A stretch of 64,000 nt of DNA from Octopus sinensis. Taxonomy: Eukaryota. The stretch is taken from assembly GCF_006345805.1 (NCBI RefSeq), contig NC_043014.1, positions 20,088,001 to 20,152,000 of the forward strand. Direction: 5' to 3'. Made by a program: the position numbers and the translations under genes. Below, piece by piece: positions 51,721 to 64,000 of this stretch. Each line of letters starts with the position of its first letter. The stretch's first letter is position 1. The notes under the pieces were generated by a model. The model saw nothing but the letters and a program-made list of their open reading frames with translations, ran no database searches and had not been told where the DNA came from.

Positions 51721-52122
51721 AAGGCAGTGAGCTGGAAGAGTCGTTACCGTGCCGAGTAAAATGCTTAGCGCCATTTCGTCCGTCCACCGAGCTTGATTTT
51801 GCTTTGTCGGGGTCGATAAAATGGGTACCAGTCATGCACTTAGGTTGATGTAATAGACTTACCCCCTCCTTATGCCTTATGCCAAACTTTGAAACCAATA
51901 CTTTCAGAAGCCTAATGTGACGAGCTGGCAGAATTGTTAGCAGGCTGGACGAAATGCTAGTGGTATATCGCCCGTCACTGCGTTTTGAGTTCAAATTCTA
52001 GTCGAGTTTTCCTTTCCTCCTTTCGGGGTCGATAAATTAAGTACCAGTGAAACAATGGCGTCGGTGTAATCGATTAATTCCCTCCGCCCATATTTCAGGC
52101 CTTTGTACCTCTAGTAGAAAGG
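51721..52122 (+). mobile_element. Two adjacent SINE copies (main family) between (ATT)n tracts
   Basis: Heads at 51721 and ~51915; tails TGCCAAACTTTGAAACCAAT and GTACCTCTAGTAGAAAGGATTATT. Confidence 0.8.
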
Positions 52123-52187
<65 letters not shown>

Positions 52188-52429
52188 TTATTTATTTATT
52201 CATTTTAGTATTATCAAAAATAATACAATTGGTTGCGCAATGTAGGTGTCATTTAATTTATCCATGTTCTAAAGAAGATCAGCGTCCAGTAATCCACTTT
52301 TTGTCTTTGCCTTGCTATTTTTTTTATTTACTCCAGCAACCATATAGATATGGAACTGGACTGTTTGGTTTTCACATTTCCAAATGTTGGACCATTAAAA
52401 GAATCAGAAGCGGGGAAACTCAGAATATA

Positions 52430-52493
52430 GCTACTACCACTACTACTGCTGCTGCAGCAACTGCTACTACTACTAAGTAGTAGTAGTAGTAGC

Positions 52494-52574
<81 letters not shown>

Positions 52575-52620
52575 TGCAGTAGCAGCAGCAGCAGTAGTAG
52601 TAGTAGTAGTAGTAGTAGTA
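52430..52620 (+). repeat. (ACT)n/(TAG)n compound microsatellite
   Basis: Direct reading. Confidence 0.95.
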
Positions 52621-52792
52621 AAACATTGATAATGAGTTCTTAAATATGCACACGACAAGGGATTTTAGGCAACAGATCTAGTAGATAAGATTTGAAGTAG
52701 AATTTGACAACTAGCATTATTTTATTCACTCTGGAATGATGAATGGAAATTGTCTTCAACGTTACTTCAACTCAAATAACAACACCAAAAAC

Positions 52793-52837
<45 letters not shown>

Positions 52838-52857
52838 TAATAATAATAATAATAATA

Positions 52858-52944
<87 letters not shown>

Positions 52945-52986
52945 AAGAAGAAGAAGAAGAAGAAGAAGAAGAAGAAGAAGAAGAAG
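52793..52986 (+). repeat. (AAT)n followed by (AAG)n, directly upstream of the LINE
   Basis: Direct reading. Confidence 0.95.
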
Positions 52987-55846
52987 CTGGATACTCCCTC
53001 AAACCCATCCAAACAGGAGTACCACCACCCAAACAAACCCTGTGGATAAATAACATCCAAAAGAAAATACAAAAAAATGAGAAAAGATATATCGATCCTT
53101 AACGAAATCAGTAGACAACGCTACTAATCTACAAAAAGAAAACAAAAATACTGTGCAAATACAACATCACAGAAAAAGATTTACCTGAGATAAAAGAAAA
53201 ACTAAAGCAAGATATCCTTGCCAAAGCACAAAGGATCCGCCGGTATGAGAAACGCCAACGTTTCTTTGAACAAAACAAACAGTTCAACTCCAACCCCAAA
53301 AAGTTATACCAAGAACTTGGCAAAGAATAAAATAGAAATCACTGCAGCACCAACGGCAGAAGAAGTGGAAGAATTCTGGAAATGAATACGGTCGGCGAAT
53401 GAACAACCAAAAAAAAAGGAGTATTAAAACAACAAACATAGCATCTGAGCAAATTTGGACCCCCATAACAACTGAAGAGGTCACCCAGGCACTGGAAAGA
53501 CTAAGCAACTGGAAGGCACCTGGGCATGACAAGATCCCCAACTTCTGGTTGAAATATCTAACAGGAATGCACAAAAAGCTGGCTGAAAGCTTTAACAACA
53601 TACTGGCAGAGCCAGAGACAATGCCTGAATGGCTCACGAAGGGGAAAACCATCTTAATTCCCAAATCAAATGAGACAGCAAAACCAGAAAACTACAGACC
53701 TATAACCTGTCTCCCTACAATGTACAAAGCATTTACTGCAGTAATATCACAAAGATTAAACAAGCACCTGGACGAAAACAAACTGTTTCCAGAAGAGCAG
53801 AAAGGATGCCGCAAAGGCTCATACGGCTGTAAAGATCAACTAAGGATCAATAAAGCCATAACTGAAGACAGCCACAGAAAGAAGAAAGGCCTCAGTATGG
53901 CATGGATCGACTACAGAAAGGCGTTTGATAGCATCCCCCACACATGGATCCTCGAAACACTAGCCATTAACAAAATAGCACCAACAATTATAAAATACAT
54001 AGGACACTCTATGAATAAATGGCAAACAGTGCTACAGCTCCAAACAAAAGAGGGACTCATGAAAACCAAAGCCATCCCCATTAGAAGATAAATATTCTAG
54101 GCAGACACGCTCTTTCCACTCCTTTTCTGCTTGGCACTGTCACCTCTATCTGATATGCTAATTAGAACTGGATGCGGATATAAATGTTACAGCAAAACGA
54201 TCAGCCACCTTTTATATATGGATGACCTAAAACTATACGCTGCAAATGACAAATAGCTGGAAACAGTACTAAAGACAGTTCATGGATTTACCAAAGAAAT
54301 AGATATGAAACTTGGATTAGAAAAATGCGCCAAAGTAACCCCGAAAAGAGGAAAACTAGTTAAGAGTAGCAACATCACACTAGATAAAACCAATGAAATA
54401 AAAGAATTAGACCAAAGCCAAACTTACAAATACTTAGGAATCCATGAACTAGATAAGACACTACACACACAAATGAAAGAGAAAATAAAAAAAGAATGTT
54501 ATAGACGAGTTAGAACAATACTAAAAACAGAGCTCAATGCTAAAAACAAGATAATAGGTATTAAAACTTTAGCTGTCCCAGTTATAAGTTACAGCTACAA
54601 TATCCTTAACTGGACACTAAATAAACTGACCAAAATAGATAGGAAAACAAGAAACATAATGACAGAATCTAGGATGCATCTGACATAGAAAGACTATATA
54701 TACAATGTATAGAAGGTGGTAGAGACCTTATACAGCTGGAAAACTACTATTAAATAATCACCATAGGACTGCAAAAATATCTACTTCAGAAGGAAGGAAA
54801 ACTGATACAAATAGCGGCAAAACACGAGCAAAACAAAAAAATGTTCTCAGTATTTAAGGAAGCTGACAATTACAAACAAGAAATCATACCACCTAACAAA
54901 TATGAAGAAAAAGAAGATGATGAAGAAGAAACAACAAAAGCTATAAAACAAATGAAATCCAAACTAAAACTAGAACAGCAACGAACCATGATAAAACGAT
55001 GGCAAGAAAAGCCCCTTCATGGCAAATACTGGACTAAACTAAATGCAAAAGAAATAGACAAAGAAAAATCCCAGCAATGGTTGAGAAGCTCAGGACTCAA
55101 AGCAAAGACAGGGAGATTTTTAATTGCAGCACAAGACCAAAGCCTCCCCACCAGAAATTACCAAAAGCATGTAATGAAAAGAAATATAACAAGTAACTGC
55201 AGAATATGTGGAGATGGACAAGAAACAATAAATCATTTAATCTCTGGCTGCCCAATCCTGGCTAAGAAGGAATATATTCACAGACAGGACAGAGTTGGGA
55301 CGTACATACACTGGAAGCTATGCCAACATTATGGAATAACAACAGAAAAAAAATGGCATAGGCACACACCAGAAAAGGTCACAGAAAACGAGAAAGCAAC
55401 CATACTCTGGGATACACACAGATAGAGAAATTAAGGCCAACAGACCAGATATAGTTGTCAGAGATCATGAAGAAAAAAAATGCTTTCTAATTGATGTATC
55501 AATACCAGCAGATGACAACGTGTCTCTAAAAGAAATGGAGAAACTTTCAAAATACAAAGACCTGGAAATAGAGGTAACCAGAATGTGGAATCTAAAAACA
55601 GAAATCTATCATAGTAGGTGCATTAGGCATGATAAAAAAATATTCAGACAAATGCATAACAAAAACACCAGGACTTACAAACACATATGACATACAGAAA
55701 ATTGCACTACTAGGCACTGCACACATCCTACGCAGAACACTTTCCATACAATAACCATCAGAGCATCACAACAAATCACATACCCAAGGCACACAGAGCT
55801 GCGCTCGGTAGTGAAGTGAATGCACGCTATAAAAATAAAACTATTG
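52987..55846 (+). mobile_element. 5'-truncated, inactivated non-LTR retrotransposon with restriction-like endonuclease; R4/Dong-like clade
   Basis: RT motifs NYRPITCLPTMYK, EEQKGCRKG, AWIDYRKAFDSIPH, ISHLLYMDDLKLY. CCHC CRICGDGQETINHLISGC. Endonuclease ANRPDIVV..IDVSIP..EKLSKYKDL. C-terminal IALLGTAHILRR. (AAT)n tail. Several stops and frameshifts. Confidence 0.9.
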
Positions 55847-55909
55847 AATAATAATAATAATAATAAAAAATAATAGTAATAATAATAATAATAATAATAA
55901 TTACTAATG

Positions 55910-55941
<32 letters not shown>

Positions 55942-55966
55942 GATAGTGATAATAAGAATACCAATA

Positions 55967-56004
<38 letters not shown>

Positions 56005-56055
56005 AATAATAATAATAGTAATAATAATAAATAACATTATTATTATTATTATCAT
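55847..56055 (+). repeat. (AAT)n/(GAT)n tail and microsatellite
   Basis: Direct reading. Confidence 0.95.
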
Positions 56056-56545
56056 TAATATATTCGATCAAATTCAAATCTTGATGCTGGTGATTTTCAT
56101 TAAATAATTTATGTGTAAGAACATTATGAATATGGCGCTCGTCAACAAGCTTCGTGTTGTTTATAATGCGAACTAAGAGCAGAACTTAATCCACTTGTTT
56201 ATAATTCAAAATTTAAAAAAAAAACAGAAAATACATTATTATCATTATTCATTAAAAAGAGCGGTGGATCATTAGGTATTAAAAAGAACGGTGAATTCGC
56301 ATTATCGATAATGAATCGAGTGAAATTCCTAGTTGAATTTAATTATATTCGCTGCTGAGTCAATATCCTCGTAGAGTTGACTTTATCTTTCAACATTCTG
56401 TGGTCGGTAAATAAATAAATAAAAATCACGTACTGAGGCCGATGTTACTTATTGTACACCTTCCGAAATACCGGAATATTACGCTAAAAATCATGAGCAT
56501 AAATGTAATGCATTGAGCTATGTTTACTGCCAGTCGCAGTATTGT

Positions 56546-56626
56546 TTATGTTTGTTGGTATGCTGGATGTTAATGTTTGTTGGTATGCTGGATGTTATGT
56601 TTTTTGGTATGCTGGATGTTAATGTA
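56546..56626 (+). repeat. Minisatellite, ~24-bp unit x3
   Basis: ATGTTTGTTGGTATGCTGGATGTT(A) repeated three times. Confidence 0.9.
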
Positions 56627-56959
56627 AAACGCTGTCTCTGCCAGCCAGTAGCACTACTGCTCACTGTATTGTCATCAGTAATTGTATTCTGATTAGATTA
56701 TCCAACTTTAACCTCATAGGACAATGTCTATAACAATCTCAGAAACGTTATCTATCTTCTTTGGGAAACATGTCAAAGAACACAATGACAATAGTCGGTT
56801 GTGGTAGAGACTCAAAATGTAAACCGCTTCCATTGTACATGCATACATATAATTCATATTACACATGTATGTGTGTATGTTTGTGTATGAATGTGTATGC
56901 ATGTATATATATATATATATATATACATGAGTGTATGTGTACATGTGCGTACATATACG

Positions 56960-57022
<63 letters not shown>

Positions 57023-57100
57023 TGCGTTCTTGTCCCATTTTGTAAGTATATATAATATATATATATATATATATAGCGGCGTACGTACACTTTGTTCTCT

Positions 57101-57134
<34 letters not shown>

Positions 57135-57475
57135 ATATATATATACACGCACACACATGTTGTGTATACGTGTATGCATATGTATTTAACATCACTAAAT
57201 TAGGTTTATTGTTGATCTGATTCGAAAGCAAGATAAGCAGTATAGTATGAGGGGAATTGGGGGTTTGACCTTTCAAGCAAAGCCATTATTTAAATAACGT
57301 ATTTATGAAGAATTAAAGTTTATTGTTGGTTAACCTGACATTGAATAGCAAATACTAGTCAGCATTTTTAAACGATATGAAACCGGTATGAACAAAAGTA
57401 CAAGGGGAAACATTAACGTGTTTCAATTGAAACACGTAAAAACACATTTATTTAGTAATATTCTAGGACAACTTA

Positions 57476-57785
57476 AAGGCGACGAGCTGGTAGAGTGATT
57501 ATTGCACCGGCATTCATTTCGTCCGTCTTTGTGTTTGAGATCAAACTCAGCTGAGCTCAATTTTATCATTTGGGAGTCGACAAAATATGTACAAGATGAG
57601 CACTGGGTCAATGTAATCGACTTAGACCATTCCACAAAACTACTGGCTTTGTTCCAAAATGTGAAACCAATATACTATGACAAATGTAAGGCGACGAACT
57701 GGCTCAATCATTACTGTGCCGAACAAAATGTTTAGCGACATTTCTTCCGAATTCACATACTGAGATCAAATTTAGCCGGAGTCGG
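57476..57785 (+). mobile_element. SINE (main family), one full and one partial copy
   Basis: AAGGCGACGAGCTGG head at 57476 and AAGGCGACGAACTGG head at ~57687. Confidence 0.7.
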
Positions 57786-58062
57786 AAGGAGAAGAAGAAG
57801 AAGAAGAAGAAGAAGAAGGAGGAGGAGGAGGAGGAGAGAGGAGGAGGAGGCGGGGGAAAAGAAAAAGAAGAGAAGAAGAGGGGGGGAGAAAAGATGAAGA
57901 AGAGGAGGAGGGGTGGAGGAGGAGGAGGAATCAGAAGTGGAGGAGGAGGAGGAAGGAGAAGAAGAAGCAGGGAAGTAGAGGGGAAAGAAGAAGAAGAAGA
58001 AGAAGAAGAAGAAGAAGAAGAAGAAGAAGAAGAAGAAGAAGAAGAAGAAGAAGAAGAAGAGG
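57786..58062 (+). repeat. (AAG/GAG)n purine-rich microsatellite
   Basis: Direct reading. Confidence 0.95.
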
Positions 58063-58581
58063 AGTCCATGCTAGAAAGGTCTAATAAAGAAGCTGATGCC
58101 GGCAGAGATAATTACGAACACTGTTGCAAGACATTCGTAGATCGTGTATTCGAGGTTTAGGTTGTAAGATTGCACTGTGTGAAATATTAAAAATGAAGAA
58201 TGATCACGATTCTATACAATTGTACATTATTTAAATGACATGAAAGTACATTGTTTATACGGAGTTTGAATAATGCAGGAAAACTGTAGCAGATAGTACG
58301 GCAAAGAGTTAGCAGTGAGTAAGATGGCGTTTACCTTCACAACACTCGCTGTAATGGCGTGATATGACAGGAAGCTTCTCATTAATGAAATGAGAAAGGA
58401 GAAAATCCTTAGTTAATTAACTTCGCGAAAAGATTTTCACGACAGACACAGTTAAAAAGTGCTTTTGCTAAAATCAAATACAACGCCATTGCTCAAGGAC
58501 AAGAGATTACTAAGGAGTGTCTTAGGGGATTACATTCCAGGAAAAGGATGCAGAAAGGTCACTAAGGAGTCAATGTTATAA

Positions 58582-58868
58582 ACCAATGCTTCCCAAAGTG
58601 GGCGGTACTGTCCCCTATCCTCTGAAGGCGGTGGAAAGATCTAGAGGGGTGTTGAAGAAAAATTATGCGATAGTTGGATAGCCAAAGGGGAAAATAGATG
58701 TTAAAAACCCAAATAATGAGTCTGTTAGGTTAAGTTTTATTTGTGAAATAATGTTTCGAATTAGCTTCAGAAATTAGTCTACGTGTGTGGTAGTGAGGCA
58801 CTAGGTGGCACTAGGAATGTGGCCTGGGTGCCGGGGGAGGGGTAGCCCCCAAAAGTTTAGGGGCTAAT
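58582..58868. mobile_element. Diverged hAT (Charlie-type) MITE
   Basis: Left end CAATGCTTCCCAAAGTGGGCGGTAC; right end GGGGTAGCCCCCAAAAGTTTAGGGGCTAATG. Both resemble CAGTGGTTCCCAAA...TTTGGGAACCACTG termini. Confidence 0.5.
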
Positions 58869-60822
58869 GGTATAAACTATCCACCACATTAAAATAATTA
58901 GACTGAACATTAGGTCTGTGGTTAGCAGGATCAGAGAAGCTGTTTTTCTTCAGGATAGGTCTCAATATTTTTATTCCAAATATTGAGATGGCTTACTATG
59001 GAATGAGAGAGAGAGGAGATAAACGGATCGGTAAGAATAAGAGCTTTGAATCGCAATGTGACGGAATGTAATCGGTAACGTTCGATTCATTGAGTTGGAA
59101 AATTGAAAGAAGCATTCGCATTTGGAGACAGCGTGAATAGTGGTGATACTGAAAATGAAGAAATATGTTTGTTTAAAGATTCATTGAGTTTTTGTGATGC
59201 AGAGCTGTAGGCAAGGCAATCAGCAAATTAAGATATGTTCAGCAGGAGAGCTAAAACATCATGTTTGAGTAGTGGTGCAAAGGATGATCGTGAACAGCCT
59301 CTTTGCATGGAATCAGAAGGCTCTGCTGCAATTTAGATGGCAGGGAATTTTTTACAAGGTAGCTACATTGCATCTATAAAAAGTAGAATGAACGATTTGT
59401 GCTACAAACCAATATGAAAATATCAAGGTAAACTTCATCTTATACATATGCAAACATATACACACGTGTACATATGCTTACATACTTGCATATATACATC
59501 CATACGTACATACATACATACATACATACATACATACATACATACATACATACATACATACATACATACATACATTCATACATAAATACTTTTATGCATA
59601 CACGAGGAAACAAATTGTAAACCAAAGACTAATAGCACCGAGAATGAAAACTTCAATAAAATCAGAATCATGAGAGCAAAAAAAAGATAAAAATCTTAGA
59701 GGCTAAAATGTGATTTGTGGAGATTTGGTTGCTTAGATCAAAGTTCTCTCGCTGTTCCGTTGCCTGACGTTTTCTTTGTTCACTTGCATCTCTCCACGTT
59801 TCTATGCCGGCGTTAATCTACCCACCTTACATTCACAGAGCCTCTAAACTATATGAGTACTTCCGCTTTATTGTAATCTAAGTAATAATGGTTGCCTGTT
59901 GTTGCTTTTGTTTTTGTTGTTTTCATTGTTGTTGTTGTTGTTGTTGTTGTTATTGTTGTTGACCCTCCCCAAGCAAGCTAGGGATCAAAACATTAGAACC
60001 ACAACTACCCCATTTTATTTTGATACAATATATCTTGTAGTACGTTATCCAATGTGTCCTTCCTATCTCCAGAGAGAAGAATATATTTTGAGGAAATTTG
60101 GCTATTATTTCTTGTAATTGACTATATAGAGGATCCCTTGTTGACAGATCGAACCAAAGTCCTTGTCGTTGAATCGGTCAACCCCAAAATTTCATTGGTA
60201 ATTATTTTATCGAGGCCGAAAGAATGAAACGGAAAGATATCCCAATACTTAAAACGTTTTGCCTAGATATTACAAGCATTTCGAAAGGCACTACACATTT
60301 CTATTCCACCGACAGTTTAGAGCAAATAATGAAGAAAAGAAAAAATATCTTTCAGTTTACCTCATTGGCGACTCGGTTTCAATACCATATGATACAGATA
60401 GGCATCCAAGTATATATGTTCAAATACTTTAGAAATAAGTCATAAATACTGTAAAACTCATTTCCGTCACAGTATCAATTTCTAGCATTACGTCTAGAAA
60501 ATCAATCAATATATTTAATTAGCGAATACCATGATTGGATTCTGCTAATAAACAGTTAGAGGCATATAAACTGAATGGCAATATTTCTATAATTAGCATT
60601 TTCTGATTTCGTTTGCGTCAGTTTAAGCTATAATGGCAATAATGGTAAGAATTTCTGAAATAGGTGCCAAGCCACACCAGGTTTGAAGTCAGCGCGTTAT
60701 AGAATGCAATAGAAACATAATGGAGCAGAATAGCATAAAAATGTTACTACAGAATCGATGGAGGTTGTGAAGAAGCAATCGGTCAGATTGTCCTTGGCTT
60801 TCTACTTTTAGGCAATATCTTC

Positions 60823-60859
<37 letters not shown>

Positions 60860-61073
60860 AGGGGGAGAGGGGGAGAAAATAGAGAGATATGGAGAGAGAC
60901 ATACACACACACATGCATGCACGCACACAAATATATACACATACGCACGAGCGTAAACGTATATATTATATGGCACAATCATGGCAGGCAGTGTATATAC
61001 ACAGTCATTGCTGTGCATTCGTGCATCGTGGCTGTCTGATTGAGAATTTTGCTTCGTAGCCATTCTGTTTCAG

Positions 61074-61100
61074 ATTCATCCTCGGGCTGACCAATGCCTT
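61074..61100 (+). CDS. Possible 27-nt micro-exon
   Basis: CCATTCTGTTTCAG| acceptor and |GTGAGT donor 27 nt apart in a non-repetitive, GC-richer island; two frames open (IHPRADQCL or FILGLTNA). Confidence 0.25.
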
Positions 61101-62669
61101 GTGAGTGAATTTGATGCGGCAGAAACTGATGTGGCAGCGCATCGCACACACCCTGAAGAAATGATGCCGACCATTTTATCTTACACTCTAGCAATTCTTT
61201 CTGTTAAAGTATCAAAAGAGTGGAATGTTAAAAGATAGATTACAATTTGTGGGCGTGCTTACATATATATTCGGGTAAGGAAAAACGTATGAAAGGAAGC
61301 GAAATTAACAATGAAAAAACAATATGTGAATGAATGGATGATGAGATTTTCTTGCTGCGATTCCCTAACTAGAGCCATTCAAAGAAACGAACTGTTCCAA
61401 GATCATCCTAACCACTAAATATACAGAACCTCACTGGAGGAAAGCAATTCTCTCTCAAATCTCCTTTTCTTTTCCTATTAGATCTCGAAATATTCGATGA
61501 TCGAAAAGGAAAGTCCCTCTCCTCCCTCACTTCAGACTAGCCCACCACATAACAACATTTACCATTGACATAAGCCTTATTATAGAAAGTTGGTCGAGCG
61601 ATCTTTAATATAAATTCTGCCTATAAATAAGAAGAGGGATAAATAAATAAAATAATGATTGAATTTTGAATACCTCCCACCCCGGGTTGAAAGAAGGTTA
61701 GATTTACCCTCATTTAGGGAAATGCTTGTTGATCTCTCTCTCGGTTCTCTCCCACACCCTCCCCTGTCTCTCTATCTCTCTCTACGTATCTATGTATCTC
61801 TCTTTCTCTCGTTTCTCTCTAAGTCTATCTATCTATTTCTCTTTCTCTCGTTCTCACTCTATCTCACGCAAACACATGCGTTTGTGTGTGTGTGTACGTT
61901 TGTGTATGTGCGTACGCGCGTGTGTGTGTGGATGTTTCATATAGTGGAAACTGTCAGTTATGTTCCAATTGGTTGACATGGCACCAACAAACATCTCGAA
62001 CAGAAAAATATCTCAGGTAATGACAGTTTGACAATACTCTAAGCCATTCCTTTTCATAAACGCTGGGCCATAAATATAAACTGTCAACAAGATATTATTG
62101 TCAAAGTCCATCACAAAACTACAACTTTTCTAATAGTAGTAGCAATTCCAACGAACAACAATATTCCTTTGATGGAAATAAAGAGACAATCCAACTGGAG
62201 ACAGTCGGAAATAAATGAATCTAGGATTGATACAAACAAAACTATTCACCCACAGATGTCTTGGCAGCAGCACGCGAATATGAAGACAAATGCATAACTC
62301 AAACCAGAAGACATACACACATACGCCACATAACATTGCAAGGGACTGAGCATGTATTATAATTTCTACACGACCGAATGACACAGACCCCCACAACACA
62401 CACACACATACACACACACACAAAACACACTGTGCTACGTGCGTGCGTAAGTCATAAGGTGCTGTTCTCCATTGTATAGTGAAAACACGGACTGAGTGAA
62501 AGAATAATTATAATAATTAGGTATCGATTATAATAAGGACAAGAGTTCATGTAGTCTCTTTGCGAATTCTCCCATAACTGAAAATTAATTAGAAATGTGT
62601 AATTATGTTAGATGCTTGTAATAACTCGCATATATATTGGTGAGTTTGTGTCTGTACGCATGCGTATAT

Positions 62670-62765
<96 letters not shown>

Positions 62766-63443
62766 TATATGTATGTATGCATGTATGTATATACATATAT
62801 ACACACACACTCATCTCCGTGTTCATTGTCGTTATTGTCATCATCATTATCATCATTATGCATGATGCTAATTGCTTCTGAAAACAGTATTGTATCCCTT
62901 ATTTAGAACATGGTTAATGCACTTAAGAACACTGAACTATGAATCACACACACATAAATATATATTATATATTATATAATGATGTGAATATATGCGTGTG
63001 TTTCTGTGTGTATTTGTAATGCCACAAAGAAGAGTGCAGAATTACACATTGTTAATTCATAATAATAATCTATACCTTGCTTACAGCCGTTTCAAATACG
63101 CTAGTTTTGCCGAATTTAATGATGTGTTCATTCTGTACATTAATCTCTCCACACTTAATCGACTATTGCATAGATCTGGAAAATCAACACTAGCATATCT
63201 CTCCCAAAACTCGCTACACGGCAAAGAATGTAGGACCGGGAACCATGAGGAAATAATAGTAAACCGTGTATTATGAGTGAAAGAAAGAATAATACAAAAA
63301 AGCAAATAAAACTAAGTTGAAGTGATATGGAAATATGATATGGTAGGACTTTGTATTGCAGTGAAGCTTTATCTGACCTCGATAAAGATATATTCTGAGC
63401 AATACCAAAAACGTTATTTAGGTCACTCAAGTTACTGATCACT

Positions 63444-63449
<6 letters not shown>

Positions 63450-63477
<28 letters not shown>

Positions 63478-63580
63478 TGTATGTATGTATGTATGTATGT
63501 ATGTATGTATGTATGTATGTATGTATGTATGTATGTATGTATGTATGTATGTATGTATGTATGTATGTATGTATGTATGT
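63450..63580 (+). repeat. (GTAT)n microsatellite
   Basis: Direct reading. Confidence 0.95.
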
Positions 63581-63767
63581 AGGGATCTCAATACCGAACA
63601 ATATAAATCATAAATTCATGCACAGACCATTTATTCGTTATTTGAAGAAATAGTTTATCAGATCTTAGAAAAGTTCAATTGATTTTAGCAAAACGAAAAG
63701 GCATTTCCTGCAGTAATTAAGACATTTTCTTTAGATGGTATTGTCGACTTAATTAGAAAAGAAATAG

Positions 63768-63930
63768 CGAGGCGTGGCTATGTAGTAAGATGCATGCTTC
63801 CCAACCACAAGGTTCTGGGTTCAGTCCCATTATGCAGTACCTTGGGAATTGTCTTCTACTTTGGCCTTGGGCCAGCTGAAGCCTTGTGAATGGATTTGTT
63901 GGACAGAAAATTAAATTAACCCGTCGGGTC
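63768..63930 (+). mobile_element. tRNA-derived SINE (family 4)
   Basis: GGCGTGGCTATGTAGTAAGA...GGGTTCAGTCCC head; CCTTGGG...GTCTTCTACT...GCCTTGTGAATGGATTTG body. Confidence 0.7.
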
Positions 63931-64000
63931 TATGATTGTCTCCTACCAATATTAATTCTTGGGAACTGATCTTGGTGTGTTTACCTCCCTGTAAACTATT

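Noticed and set aside
59100-59400. Possible RTE-like fragment (AVGKAISKLR...)
   Set aside because: Similarity too short and degenerate to support a feature call.

Overview
AT-rich, microsatellite-dense metazoan genomic DNA, intronic or intergenic. The SINE and microsatellite landscape resembles a cephalopod (octopus) genome; this is from pattern recognition and is not verified. Almost every ORF in the supplied track is a translated microsatellite. Recognisable content is decayed mobile DNA: mariner and rosa-like Tc1/mariner elements, a Tigger/pogo derivative, Helitron-like elements, hAT and Kolobok-like MITEs, several tRNA-derived SINE families, RTE and Penelope-like (PLE) fragments, and a 5'-truncated R4/Dong-clade LINE in (AAT)n/(AAG)n repeats. 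Only one plausible host exon (50259-50387) and one possible micro-exon were seen. The most notable signal is a set of type I hammerhead ribozyme (HHR) motifs folded by eye. (1) A 3.8-copy tandem array of a ~601-bp non-coding unit (27288-29545) sits in (TA)n, and every unit carries a complete HHR with a ~76-nt extended stem II. (2) An unrelated 404-bp unit, present 1.35 times (41543-42088) in (TA)n, has a complete HHR. (3) A minimal canonical HHR lies at 19172-19218. (4) Three dispersed variant-core HHR-like motifs and two HHR-centred palindromes are also present. Together these suggest retrozyme-like, circular-RNA-forming, PLE-mobilised elements. Cleavage, transcription and circularisation are inferred, not shown.
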